Positions 18,583-28,109 are shown, numbered from the stretch's first letter. The stretch: DNA of 64,000 bases from Candidatus Undinarchaeota archaeon (GCA_964519305.1 CAZFHY010000018.1:11628-75627), one strand, 5' to 3'. Numbers and translations: made by a program. The notes: generated by a model from the letters alone, not told the origin.

Positions 18583-18656
18583 GCCCCGATAGCTCAGCTG
18601 GCCAGAGCGCTTCCTTGGTAAGGAAGAAGTCCCGGATTCGAATTCCGGTCGGGGCT
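18583..18656 (+). tRNA. tRNA-Thr(GGU)
   Basis: GCCCCGA/TCGGGGC acceptor, CTTCC-TTGGTAA-GGAAG anticodon arm, TTCGAAT T-loop; 2 nt after tRNA-Leu. Confidence 0.95.
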
Positions 18657-18662
18657 CTTACC

Positions 18663-18671
18663 TTTTTTTTT
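18663..18671 (+). terminator. Oligo-T terminator of the tRNA operon
   Basis: Run of nine T just after tRNA-Thr. Confidence 0.7.
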
Positions 18672-18806
18672 ACCGGTCTAGGCTTTACGGCATGCGATAA
18701 TGGTTGTATATACAACTTATGTTAAACAGTGATAATCCTAGCTTGACTAGTAATTCTTAGGACCGGTAGATGCCGGGCCACGGAGCCCTCCCCCAGGGTG
18801 TCTTGA

Positions 18807-19049
18807 ATGACATATGATGAGCCCCATATCGCGAAACGGTTGGGCGTGGTGGTGGTGCTCACTATGGCCTTTTTATTCCTCCCCGCCAGTGCCACAGCCA
18901 GCCCCGTTCTGTTCGCGAGCCAGCTGTCCACCAGAGGTGCGCCACTGGTCAAATCGGTAGTGGGATGGTTGACGATCGAGTTCATGCTCGGGTTCATCAC
19001 GGCTGTCGCCCTTGCAGCACTACGCAGGCAACGCACTAGAAAGAGCTGA
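18807..19049 (+). CDS. Small two-TM membrane protein
   Basis: Two hydrophobic segments and a basic C-terminal tail. Confidence 0.5.
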   Translation: MTYDEPHIAKRLGVVVVLTMAFLFLPASATASPVLFASQLSTRGAPLVKSVVGWLTIEFMLGFITAVALAALRRQRTRKS

Positions 19050-19051
19050 GC

Positions 19052-19606
19052 TCACGGCTTCTTGAATTCTTCAGGCAGGCCGTCGTGGACGGTGAACCCG
19101 CGGGAACGGATGTCAGCGAGCACGTCGGCGGTCCTCTTCGCATCGACGAGGCCGCTGAGCATGTACACTGAACCCTGCTCCTGGACAACGGCGGTGACCA
19201 TGTCGGTGTCGTAGTCGTTCTCGACCTCGAGATAGAGGTCATTGCTTGCGGCATTGTGGCGCTGGATGTCGTCGAAATACTCATCGACCATATCGCTCCC
19301 GAGCTCGAGGAGAAGGCTCCCGTGGAGGCGGAGCTCCTGTCCGTGGTAGTGGGAGGCCATGCCGGTGTACACGGCATCGAAGTGACCGGACTCCTCTGCC
19401 CTGGCACGCACTTCGGCCGCGAGCTCGAGGGCCTCGCCGGGCCCGAGGTTGGTCACCTCCGCGACGTACACGTCTGTGGCCGAGAGATAGGTGGCACGGG
19501 CCGTGAAATTGATCATGAGACCGTCGCCGCTGACATAGAGAACGGTGTCGTTATCGTCGGCGGCAGCATCGGCTATGAGGGTGTCGAAATCGTCCCCATA
19601 GTCCAT
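19052..19606 (-). CDS. Hypothetical acidic protein with possible internal duplication
   Basis: Coding-like codon bias; FDTLIADAAADDNDTVLYV resembles FDDIQRHNAASNDLYLEV. Confidence 0.7.
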   Translation of the reverse strand: MDYGDDFDTLIADAAADDNDTVLYVSGDGLMINFTARATYLSATDVYVAEVTNLGPGEALELAAEVRARAEESGHFDAVYTGMASHYHGQELRLHGSLLLELGSDMVDEYFDDIQRHNAASNDLYLEVENDYDTDMVTAVVQEQGSVYMLSGLVDAKRTADVLADIRSRGFTVHDGLPEEFKKP

Positions 19607-19639
19607 GCAATATGGCGCGGGCGGGCCGCCTTTTAAGCT

Positions 19640-20212
19640 TTACTCACCCCTGTCGCGGTGGCACAGGTCCGTGAACGCCTCAACGATCCGCTCGTTGCGC
19701 ACCTCGGGGTGGAAGAGCACGCCCCATATGGGCCTTTCGGTATGCCTGAACGCCTCCGCTCGTTCCTCGGTCCCTGCAAGGAGCCTGAAACCGGGCGGGA
19801 GGGAATGGCCGAGGTTGTGGAGGTGGTATGCTTCGAACGACCGTTCCTTGCCGAGCACCTTGTCCTCCTCCAGAACGGTGGTCGCCTGCATCCCGATGAC
19901 CGGCCAGGGGGATACCACACCGCCATGTAGTGCTGCGATGAGCTGTGAGCCCGCACAGATGCCCAGCACTGGTGTCCGGACGTCACGGAGCCATTCGAGC
20001 TCACCGAGCAGCCCCTGCCATGCATGGTCCTTGATGGCCGTGCCGCAGAGAACGATGCCGTCAGCCGCCTTGGCGGCCGCAGAAGACAGATCGCTCACGT
20101 GGACGGTCCCTGCCATCTCCCCGTACTTCTCCACGATGGCCGATATCGGATGCACGAACTCGAACCGGGACAGAGAGCCCCGCTCGCCGCAAAGGTCGAC
20201 GATGAGGATCAT
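19640..20212 (-). CDS. Class I glutamine amidotransferase (GuaA-A-like)
   Basis: PVLGICAG nucleophile elbow and FHPE; overlaps the dph6 stop (ATGA). Confidence 0.9.
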   Translation of the reverse strand: MILIVDLCGERGSLSRFEFVHPISAIVEKYGEMAGTVHVSDLSSAAAKAADGIVLCGTAIKDHAWQGLLGELEWLRDVRTPVLGICAGSQLIAALHGGVVSPWPVIGMQATTVLEEDKVLGKERSFEAYHLHNLGHSLPPGFRLLAGTEERAEAFRHTERPIWGVLFHPEVRNERIVEAFTDLCHRDRGE

Positions 20213-20889
20213 CTGTCCACCAGCTCCGCTTTCTCGATATGGAGCGTGCCGCTGTGGTCCGAATACTCCGTAGAGGTCCTGTCGATCCGGATGCGACGGT
20301 TGAACAGTGGGCAGTCGGTGACCAGGGTCTCCAGCTCCCCGCCCTCGCCCGAGGGATTGATCTGGTACTTATCCGCAAGCGATGCCAGCTGGTCCACCTC
20401 GGTCCCACCGATGGTCCGGCCGATCCACTCCTCGGTGAAGGGGTAGGCGAACACTCCCGTGACCACTACCTCGAAACCCTCGGACAGGAGGAGCCGCATA
20501 TAGGTGAGCTGGTCGATCTGCCAGAGCGGATTGAAGCACCACAGGTCCAGCTCCCGGCAGATCCGCTGCACGCGGGTCGCCTGGTACACGGATGCGATTG
20601 CTCCCGTCACCACGCCCTCGATCCCGTGCTCCTCCCGGGCCCGTTCGATGGCCCGCTTCATGTCAGCGAGCTCAGCCTCCTTCTCGCCGGCGGTCTCCTG
20701 GACGATGAGCGGGATGCCCATGGCCTGGGCCTGGAGGGACGTGAGGTCGATGGCCGGTGTATGGAACATGTAGCTCTCGGGGTTTGCGGAGCGCAGGGTG
20801 ATGAGGCATGCGACATCACCGTGCACGACAGCGCGATAGCAGGCGAACACCGAGTCCTTCCCGCCGGAGAACAGCACGCCTAGCTTCAC
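20209..20889 (-). CDS. dph6: Diphthine--ammonia ligase (diphthamide synthase)
   Basis: FSGGKDS PP-loop, SYMFH, GAIASVYQ, PLW, GEGGELETLV. Confidence 0.92.
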   Translation of the reverse strand: MKLGVLFSGGKDSVFACYRAVVHGDVACLITLRSANPESYMFHTPAIDLTSLQAQAMGIPLIVQETAGEKEAELADMKRAIERAREEHGIEGVVTGAIASVYQATRVQRICRELDLWCFNPLWQIDQLTYMRLLLSEGFEVVVTGVFAYPFTEEWIGRTIGGTEVDQLASLADKYQINPSGEGGELETLVTDCPLFNRRIRIDRTSTEYSDHSGTLHIEKAELVDR

Positions 20890-20920
20890 GAGTGGGATTG
20901 GTACCGAATCCTTGAAAAGG

Positions 20921-21775
20921 TTACTGGCCGGACGCGTCCAGCTCGGCGAACACCCGGGCGAACAGCTCGTCCATGCCGATCAGGTCCATCTCCACCCGCT
21001 CGCGCATGGTGTTGTGGAAGCTGGGTGTTTCGAAGGTGTAGGCGAACGCGCCCTTGGCCGCCGAGTAGCCGTCGAAGCACATGGGCGTATCGCTCTTCTC
21101 GGGGAGCAGTCCGTCGTTCCCCATATCCTTGTCGGAGTGGATTAGGCGATAGCCCTCGCGCTCGATACGCTCGGCAGCGGCCCTACCGTAGTCCTTCACG
21201 GGGTCGATGATGACCTCGCCGTCCTCTCCCGGTTCGAACTGGACCACACCGAAACCATGGAAGATCTCCTCGTCCGTTTCATGGAGGTCGAATCCAAGCA
21301 GGTAGGGCACGTCGGCGGTCCGCTCCTCGACGCAGCTCTTCACCGCCCGCTCCTCCATCCAGGTCGCTTTTTCTCCGGAGTACCCACCGTTCATCGTATC
21401 GTATGGCCGGTTCTCCATAGGAAGGGCGTACATGTCGACGTTGACCACGGGGATGACGGTGACGCGGACGTTCTCCTTGAGCTGCTGTGCAAGTTCTGTA
21501 TCTGACTCCAAGTAGCGGCGGGCGAAGGCCATTGCGGCCTCGGGACCGGCGGGCTCGGTGGCGTGGTGGCCTGCGACGACGAACACCTGGCCCTTGACCT
21601 CGCCCGTAGGATTGATGTCCAGCGCGTAGATGTCCGCCTTGTACTCGCTTGCGCCGATACGGACCATGTCAGCAGAACCGTAGGTGTCGGCGAGCTCTTT
21701 CATGCCCTCAACGTACCTGTCGGTGAGGCCGTAGTCCAGCTCCTCTTCGACATGGCAGTCTATGAGCGCGCCCAT
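20921..21775 (-). CDS. M14 zinc carboxypeptidase-like protein
   Basis: GHHATE (HxxE), IPVVNVD, FDLHE, TFETP. Confidence 0.75.
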   Translation of the reverse strand: MGALIDCHVEEELDYGLTDRYVEGMKELADTYGSADMVRIGASEYKADIYALDINPTGEVKGQVFVVAGHHATEPAGPEAAMAFARRYLESDTELAQQLKENVRVTVIPVVNVDMYALPMENRPYDTMNGGYSGEKATWMEERAVKSCVEERTADVPYLLGFDLHETDEEIFHGFGVVQFEPGEDGEVIIDPVKDYGRAAAERIEREGYRLIHSDKDMGNDGLLPEKSDTPMCFDGYSAAKGAFAYTFETPSFHNTMRERVEMDLIGMDELFARVFAELDASGQ

Positions 21776-21826
21776 CCGTGGCAGTCCGCGTAGTGCCGCC
21801 GTATTTTAACCTTCGCTTGGGGAACG

Positions 21827-22495
21827 CTACACACTGCTCCCTGTGAACGGACAGTTACCGGTACCGCCCTTTTCGACGGTACCGTCCTGGTGGACGGACA
21901 GGTCGCAGTAGCAGTCCTCGCACCGGCCCCAGTGCACGTTGACGAGCCACGAGCCGTCAGGCTCCTCTATACCTGTGACACCGGACGTATCGAGGTCGCC
22001 CACCGCAGATTCCAGGTCGGGATAAGTGCCCCGTATTGCGTCGAGAACGTTGTCAGGGACGTCCGCATCCAGCGATCTTAGCGGGGATTCCGTGGGTGCC
22101 GGCGTGGCCGTGATGGTCCTGGTGGCGGGACAGTTACCATCCTTGGACTTCTCCACCGTACCGTTCTCATGGACCGTGAATATGCAGTAGCAGTCCTCGC
22201 AGAAGCCCCAGTGGACGTTCACGAACCAGACACCGGCGTCCTCCAGGGCGTTGACCGTGTCATCATTGAGCTCACCTGCGACATCGCGGAGGTCGGGGTA
22301 CGAATCGAGGACCGCCCTAAGTACACCGGGCGGGATGTCACCAACGACGGGGATGGGCTGCAGTGGGGCCGGGGGCTCGGGCGATGCTGTCACGGTCGCG
22401 ACAGGGGATGCCTCAGGCCCCCCATCGCCGCCCAAGCATCCGCAGACAAGAGCGAGCACGAGCAGAGCGCTTGCCAGGACCCGCGGACCGGTCAT
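21827..22495 (-). CDS. Lipoprotein with two tandem Cys-rich repeats
   Basis: LVCGC lipobox-like signal; two copies of YPDL..W.VNVHWG.CEDCYC..VH..GTVEK...GNCP separated by a Pro/Thr linker. Confidence 0.8.
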   Translation of the reverse strand: MTGPRVLASALLVLALVCGCLGGDGGPEASPVATVTASPEPPAPLQPIPVVGDIPPGVLRAVLDSYPDLRDVAGELNDDTVNALEDAGVWFVNVHWGFCEDCYCIFTVHENGTVEKSKDGNCPATRTITATPAPTESPLRSLDADVPDNVLDAIRGTYPDLESAVGDLDTSGVTGIEEPDGSWLVNVHWGRCEDCYCDLSVHQDGTVEKGGTGNCPFTGSSV

Positions 22496-22518
22496 GCATG
22501 CTACATGACGAGGATGGT

Positions 22519-23577
22519 TTAAATCTCTTGGGCAGGGTCGGCGGACGCGGTGCGGTCCTCCGGGTATACGAGCCGGAACACCTTGACATCACCGCCGGGC
22601 GATGAGTGGACGAGCTCGACCTCGTCGGATCCCTTCCCGTCCAGGAAGAACAACCGGGTGAAGAGCATGTCTTGGGCTTTGTCCTCCATGTACACCAGGA
22701 TGTCCTTGGTGATGACGACCGTCCCGGGGACGATCGTGGCGTTCTGTCGGTTCGGGACGTCCATGACCTTCGGGTTCCCTCCGAAGATATAGTTACCTAG
22801 GATGCCCTCGACGTCGGTATGGAACTCGCCGTCATCGGTGAGGTTGCCCAGGCGGATGACGGGGATGAAGCGGAACGACGTGTCCACCATTAGGTCTATC
22901 CGTGCCATCGGCTCTGTGACCGTCCCGTCCGGTCGCCTGAACGGTACATAGTTCATGAAGATGCCCGTCTGGCCACCATGGTCCTCTCCCGTCTCGAGCT
23001 TGTAGAGGTAGGTGAAACGGGTGCCGCACGATGGTCTGGTGCACTCGGGACCGGTCCGGTTGAAGTGGGCGACTGCGCATTCCTGGGGGATGCAGTCCTC
23101 TCCCACGCGCGAGACCCAGTAGAACTTGACCATGAGCCCCTTGTCGACAATGATATAGGCCGGACGGGAGCGGCCTTCGGTGTGGCGGTCGATGAACACA
23201 TCACCCTCGCACTCGGGCGGAGTGCCCTTGTCGCAAGTGCGGAGAGAGAATAGCTCGTCGGCGTTGGTGCTCATCAGCATCCGACCCATGTCGACGTTCA
23301 CAGGGGCGACGCTCTGCCCTTCCTGGGTCACGACGTCCCTGCCGGCCACGTTCTTGACCCAGCGGCCGTAGTCCCACCACGTGAACACGATGGCGTTCTC
23401 TTCCGTGTTGTTGCGCATGTAGAGGAGGGCGTCGAGCCATTCCTCCTCCGGTCCAAGGGGGCTGGGTCCCTGGTCAGCAGGACCGGGGGCCGTGGGCGAC
23501 AGGTCGTCCTTCACAGTCCCGATGTAGAGCGTCAGGAGGATGATCGCGAGGATGCACGCGGCAAGGTCCCGGCGCAT
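22519..23577 (-). CDS. Stand-alone AglB/STT3 C-terminal (WWDYG) domain protein with a single N-terminal anchor
   Basis: YMRNNTEENAIVFTWWDYG, DKGLMVK (DK-like motif), C-terminal VKVFRL; no multi-TM domain. Confidence 0.8.
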   Translation of the reverse strand: MRRDLAACILAIILLTLYIGTVKDDLSPTAPGPADQGPSPLGPEEEWLDALLYMRNNTEENAIVFTWWDYGRWVKNVAGRDVVTQEGQSVAPVNVDMGRMLMSTNADELFSLRTCDKGTPPECEGDVFIDRHTEGRSRPAYIIVDKGLMVKFYWVSRVGEDCIPQECAVAHFNRTGPECTRPSCGTRFTYLYKLETGEDHGGQTGIFMNYVPFRRPDGTVTEPMARIDLMVDTSFRFIPVIRLGNLTDDGEFHTDVEGILGNYIFGGNPKVMDVPNRQNATIVPGTVVITKDILVYMEDKAQDMLFTRLFFLDGKGSDEVELVHSSPGGDVKVFRLVYPEDRTASADPAQEI

Positions 23578-23680
23578 GGACCCCTCGTGAGAGGGATCGT
23601 TTAAATGTGTTCGGTGGACGCCCGGATACCGGCACGCCCCTCCCTATAGGGCTTAATTCTACGGACGACATCTCTTTGAT

Positions 23681-24961
23681 ATGGGGCCAGACCCACGTCC
23701 CGATCCCTTCGCGGGAAAGCGTCGCTCACGCTCGACATCCCGCTGTGTGCTATGCCGCGGTACGAAGAACCTCTGTGGGAAGCACCGGTGTCCTGTCATC
23801 GCCCGGGCAATGGCCCTGTCGCGTACCGAACTAAAGGTCGTGGGGACCGAGGTGGCCGGCTCGTCCCCGCCAGGGGTGTTCGTGGGACGGTACGGATATC
23901 CGAAGGTGAGCGTGGGGCCCATGCTCCCGCCCTACCACGGCGACACCGCGGTCCTGGACACGCCGGAGGAGTGGATGGGCCGCTCCATACAAGACATCAT
24001 CAGGTTCCGGTACTCGCTCCTGCGGGGGACGACACCAGTCCCTGTGACCGATCCGGGTGGGAGCCGGCTCGTGACCGATCTTCAGGAAGTGGCCTTATCC
24101 TCAACACCCGTGGACGCCGAGGCCCGGTTCACCAAACGTCCTGGTGGGACCATCAAGCTGAGCGCCAACGTTCAGCCTTTCGGCCCATCGGCACCCCTCC
24201 GGTCATTCTCGGTATCACCAGGGACCGCCGACCAGCGGCTGGAAAGGTCGTTCGGGGACACTGACCTCAAGGCATCAGAGGCGGTCGCCGGACTCTACGA
24301 CGGGGGTGTTCGGGTGAGCGCGATACAGCGTGCCCTGTCCATCGGTATGCTCGGTACCGGACGTCGGCGGAAGCTGGTCCCGACCCGGTGGAGCATCACA
24401 GCCACGGACTCGATCATCTCTGACACCCTGGTCGACAGGGTGAAGGATAATCCCACTATCGATGAGTTCAGGGTCCACACTTTCCACAACCTGGACAACA
24501 TCTACACAGCGATACTCATGCCCGCCAATTGGGCGTTCGAGTGGACCGAGGCATGGCACCCGTCCTCTGCCTGGAACATGGCCGGGAAGCGCCCGGGGAT
24601 GATCTCTGACAGTGAACCCTACGAGGGACGGACGACCTATCCTCACATAGGCGGATGTTATTTCAGCACCCGGCTGGCGGTGGCCGAGCATCTGGCGTCC
24701 GAGGGTAAGCAGGCCGCAGCGCTCGTGCTCCGTGAGATACATCCCGGCTACATCCTCCCCGTGGGGGTGTGGAACGTCAGGGAGAGCATCCGGGCGACCC
24801 TTCATCAACCCTATGAGGCCTTTGACGGGTTCGAGGGCGCTTTTGGCCATGCCCTGGACCAGCTCACCATCGCCCGGGAGCACTGGGTAGCGACCTGTGA
24901 CCTGGTAAAGGATTCGCTCTACCAGAAGCGGCTCACCGACTACATGGGGGCGAGCGCCTGA
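23681..24961 (+). CDS. nreA: Archaeal DNA repair protein Nre
   Basis: N-terminal CVLCRG..LCG..CP, SPPGVFVGRYGYPKV, LVPTRWSITA, GVWNVRE, C-terminal PIP-like QKRLTDY. Confidence 0.92.
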   Translation: MGPDPRPDPFAGKRRSRSTSRCVLCRGTKNLCGKHRCPVIARAMALSRTELKVVGTEVAGSSPPGVFVGRYGYPKVSVGPMLPPYHGDTAVLDTPEEWMGRSIQDIIRFRYSLLRGTTPVPVTDPGGSRLVTDLQEVALSSTPVDAEARFTKRPGGTIKLSANVQPFGPSAPLRSFSVSPGTADQRLERSFGDTDLKASEAVAGLYDGGVRVSAIQRALSIGMLGTGRRRKLVPTRWSITATDSIISDTLVDRVKDNPTIDEFRVHTFHNLDNIYTAILMPANWAFEWTEAWHPSSAWNMAGKRPGMISDSEPYEGRTTYPHIGGCYFSTRLAVAEHLASEGKQAAALVLREIHPGYILPVGVWNVRESIRATLHQPYEAFDGFEGAFGHALDQLTIAREHWVATCDLVKDSLYQKRLTDYMGASA

Positions 24962-24975
24962 GAAAGGACGTCCGG

Positions 24976-25755
24976 GTGAGGCCTCAGCGGTGCACGACTG
25001 CCCTCTCTGCGAGCGGGCTCCCTGGACTGCGGTACGCGCTCAATCCCTACCTGGGATGTGCCCATGCTTGTGCGTACTGCTATGCACCCGCCACCCTCCG
25101 ACGGCCAAAGCTGACAATGACCTGGGGGCATGAGGTGTGCCCACGTAACAACATCATCGACGTGCTCGCACGTGATCTCAAGAAGCGGGAGCCCGGGCTC
25201 GTGGGCGTGGGGACTGTCACCGATCCCTACCAGCCTGCCGAGCACACCTATCGTCTCACCCGTGGATGCGTCTCGCTACTGGCTTCATCGGGATTCCCGT
25301 TCCAGGTCCATACCAAGTCCGATCTGGTGCTCCGCGACCTCGACCTGCTCGTCCGTGCTGGTGAGCGGGCGTCAGTGGGGATCACTGTCACAACGCTCGA
25401 CAAGGACATCGCTGCCCGGATCGAGCCAGGGGCATCATCCCCTGCGAAAAGGGCGACCATCCTGCGACGATGTGCAGAGGAGGGTCTGGCTACATGGGTG
25501 TTCCTGGGCCCGGTCATCCCCGGGTTGAACGACTCACCGGCCTCGTTGCGGGCAGTCGTCGGCCTGGCAGCAGAGACAGGGTCCCATATCATGCTGGACC
25601 GGCTCAACCTGCGTCGGGGCGTGCTCGACCGTCTTCGACCTGTGATGCCGTCGTTCAGATCGGACGACCTGTCCCCGGCATGGTGGCAACGAGTGTTGAT
25701 CACTGTATCCTCGGCCTGCAAGGAGGCAGGTCTGCCCTGGCGGTCAGCGTTCTGA
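24976..25755 (+). CDS. Radical SAM protein, spore photoproduct lyase-like
   Basis: LNPYLGCAHACAYCYA, TDPYQPAE, TKSDLVLRD; directly downstream of nre. Confidence 0.88.
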   Translation: MRPQRCTTALSASGLPGLRYALNPYLGCAHACAYCYAPATLRRPKLTMTWGHEVCPRNNIIDVLARDLKKREPGLVGVGTVTDPYQPAEHTYRLTRGCVSLLASSGFPFQVHTKSDLVLRDLDLLVRAGERASVGITVTTLDKDIAARIEPGASSPAKRATILRRCAEEGLATWVFLGPVIPGLNDSPASLRAVVGLAAETGSHIMLDRLNLRRGVLDRLRPVMPSFRSDDLSPAWWQRVLITVSSACKEAGLPWRSAF

Positions 25756-25762
25756 GGGATGA

Positions 25763-28024
25763 TCACCTGACGCTCGCGCGTCCCACTGCGGCCGCACCGT
25801 CCCGTTCCATGACCACGTCCCGTCCGTCGAACCTGAGGCCCCGTACGTCCACTGGCGCATGGACACGGAGGGTGATGAACCGCAGGTCGTCCGGGTACCC
25901 TTCGTGGACGACCTCACGACGGACATCAGCGATACCATCGTTAATCGAGCATGTGATCCGGGTGAGACTGTACTCCCCACGCTCGTAAGCAAGCGATCGG
26001 CCGTCGTCATCGTACAGATCGCACCTGGCCTCCCCCTCGGCGGGAGCGAACACATGGAGGGTGAGCTCGTCGCCCCGTTCCTTGGTGCTGGCGCCGTAAT
26101 TACGGGCGGATATGATCGCTCCCTCTCTAGCGTATAGCGGGAGCGTGCCCAGTGGCGCGTACGCCACGACGTGACGGCCACCTTCATGGCGTTCGCCCGT
26201 CCACCAGTCGATCCAGGCACCCGCGGGCAGGTATACCAGCCTGTGCCGTCGGCCGGGTAGGTACACCGGGGCGACCAGGAGGTCGCGACCCCAGAGGAAC
26301 TGGTCGTCGCACCTGAGCGTCTCGGGATCGTCCGGGTGTTCCACAAGGAGCGCCCGCATCACCGGTACTCCGGTGAGCGACGCCTCGCGGAAGCAGCCGT
26401 AGGTGTAGGGCAGGAGCTCGTACCGGAGGCGGATGTACCGTCGACAGATGTCCTCCGCTTCAGGGCCGAACGACCATGGGTCCTGGTCCTCCTTCTCTCT
26501 TGTGTGCGCACGGAAGAACGGACTGAAGGCGCCCAGCTGCGTCCAGCGAACGAAGAGCTCGGTGGAAGGATGGTAGTTGAACCCGCCAACGTCCGTGCCC
26601 ACGAACGGAACGCCGGACAGGCCGAGGTTCAGGCACATGGGCATGGCCATGAGGAGGTGCTCCCAGATCGCACCGTTGTCGCCGGTCCACACCGCAGCAT
26701 AGCGCTGTATACCGGTGAAACCCGCCCGTGTGAGCAGGAATGGCCGTTCATCGGGCCTGGCCTGCCTGAGCCCGTCCACGGTGGCCGCGGCCTCCCAGAT
26801 AGCGTACATGTTATGGACGTCAGCATGGCTGCCCGCGGCGTGCACGATATCATCGGGGACCGTGTTGTGGGGTTTGTTGAAGGTGGCTGGCTCGTTCATG
26901 TCGTTCCAGACACCTCCCAGCCCCTGAGCGATCCAACGCGCGTTGAGCCCTGCCCACCACTCGCGCACGTCCTCCCGGCTGAAGTCCGGGAACCCGGCAC
27001 GTTTCGGCCAGACCTTGCCCAGGTACACCTCACCATCGGGCGTCGTGCAGAAGTACCCGCGCTCGAGCCCCTCCACCCAGACCGGGTAGCGTACGCTCTT
27101 GGAGATACCGGGGTCCACGATCGTCACCAGGTCGAACCCCTCCTCTTTCAGGTCGGCGATGAGCCCCTCGGGATCAGGGAACTCCTTATGATCCCAGGTG
27201 AAGCACCGGTAGCGGTCCATGTAGTCTATGTCCAGCCATATGGCGTCACAGGGGACGTTCTTCTCTCGGAACGTCCGCGCGAGCTCACGCACACGCTCGG
27301 CCGGATGGTAGCTCCAGCGACACTGGTGATACCCGAGCGACCAGAGCGGCGGCAGGGGCATGTGGCCGGTGAGGTCGGCGAGGCGTCGGAGGACGTCCTT
27401 TACGGTGGGACCCTCGAGCACGAACAGGCATGCAGGTCCACCGGTCGCGCCGAAGGCGATATCGCCGTTCCCGCTCCTGTCCAGCACCATGGAGGTGCGC
27501 TGGACGTTGTCGAACAGGATGCCGAAGGCCCGCCCGCGACAGAGCACGATGATGAAAGGGTGCGACTGGTACAGCCTTCGCGTGGCCGATGTGTGGTCCC
27601 AGTTGGCATCCGTGTTCCAGTTCTCCAGCATCTCGCCGGTCTTGTCCAGGAAACCTGTGCGCTCCCCCCCGCCGTAGAACGACGAGCCACGCTCGACACG
27701 TCCGTCGATGGTGATGTGACCGTCGTCCTTGCGTGACGCACGCAGCTCCGTCAGGATGGGCCCGCCGCCGATGCGTGAAACGTCCACTCTGTCCTGGGCC
27801 CTATCTACGCTCACACGCAGGTCCTCGGTGGCGTACGCGGGCCCGGTGGAGAGCTTTTCCTCGGACGAAGGCACCTCGTCACCTGTGAGGACCACGGCGA
27901 AGGAGTCTGGCCCGTCCTCGCCGAACCGGATGCGGGTGATGCCCGTGGCCGGGAATGTGACCGACATGGGTGCCAGGGGCACGGGTGGTGATGTCTGACC
28001 TGGCTCGGACGTCCTGCCTGCCAT
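25763..28024 (-). CDS. GH31 alpha-glucosidase
   Basis: WLDIDYM, WNDMNEP nucleophile, WTGDN acid/base, FFRAH. Confidence 0.93.
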   Translation of the reverse strand: MAGRTSEPGQTSPPVPLAPMSVTFPATGITRIRFGEDGPDSFAVVLTGDEVPSSEEKLSTGPAYATEDLRVSVDRAQDRVDVSRIGGGPILTELRASRKDDGHITIDGRVERGSSFYGGGERTGFLDKTGEMLENWNTDANWDHTSATRRLYQSHPFIIVLCRGRAFGILFDNVQRTSMVLDRSGNGDIAFGATGGPACLFVLEGPTVKDVLRRLADLTGHMPLPPLWSLGYHQCRWSYHPAERVRELARTFREKNVPCDAIWLDIDYMDRYRCFTWDHKEFPDPEGLIADLKEEGFDLVTIVDPGISKSVRYPVWVEGLERGYFCTTPDGEVYLGKVWPKRAGFPDFSREDVREWWAGLNARWIAQGLGGVWNDMNEPATFNKPHNTVPDDIVHAAGSHADVHNMYAIWEAAATVDGLRQARPDERPFLLTRAGFTGIQRYAAVWTGDNGAIWEHLLMAMPMCLNLGLSGVPFVGTDVGGFNYHPSTELFVRWTQLGAFSPFFRAHTREKEDQDPWSFGPEAEDICRRYIRLRYELLPYTYGCFREASLTGVPVMRALLVEHPDDPETLRCDDQFLWGRDLLVAPVYLPGRRHRLVYLPAGAWIDWWTGERHEGGRHVVAYAPLGTLPLYAREGAIISARNYGASTKERGDELTLHVFAPAEGEARCDLYDDDGRSLAYERGEYSLTRITCSINDGIADVRREVVHEGYPDDLRFITLRVHAPVDVRGLRFDGRDVVMERDGAAAVGRASVR

Positions 28025-28109
28025 ACCCCCCGTCCATGGCCCATTCCTTTATATCTGGTATCGGAGCGGATGGAAAAGCGTCATAAACGATGAACGACTA
28101 GTATCATGT

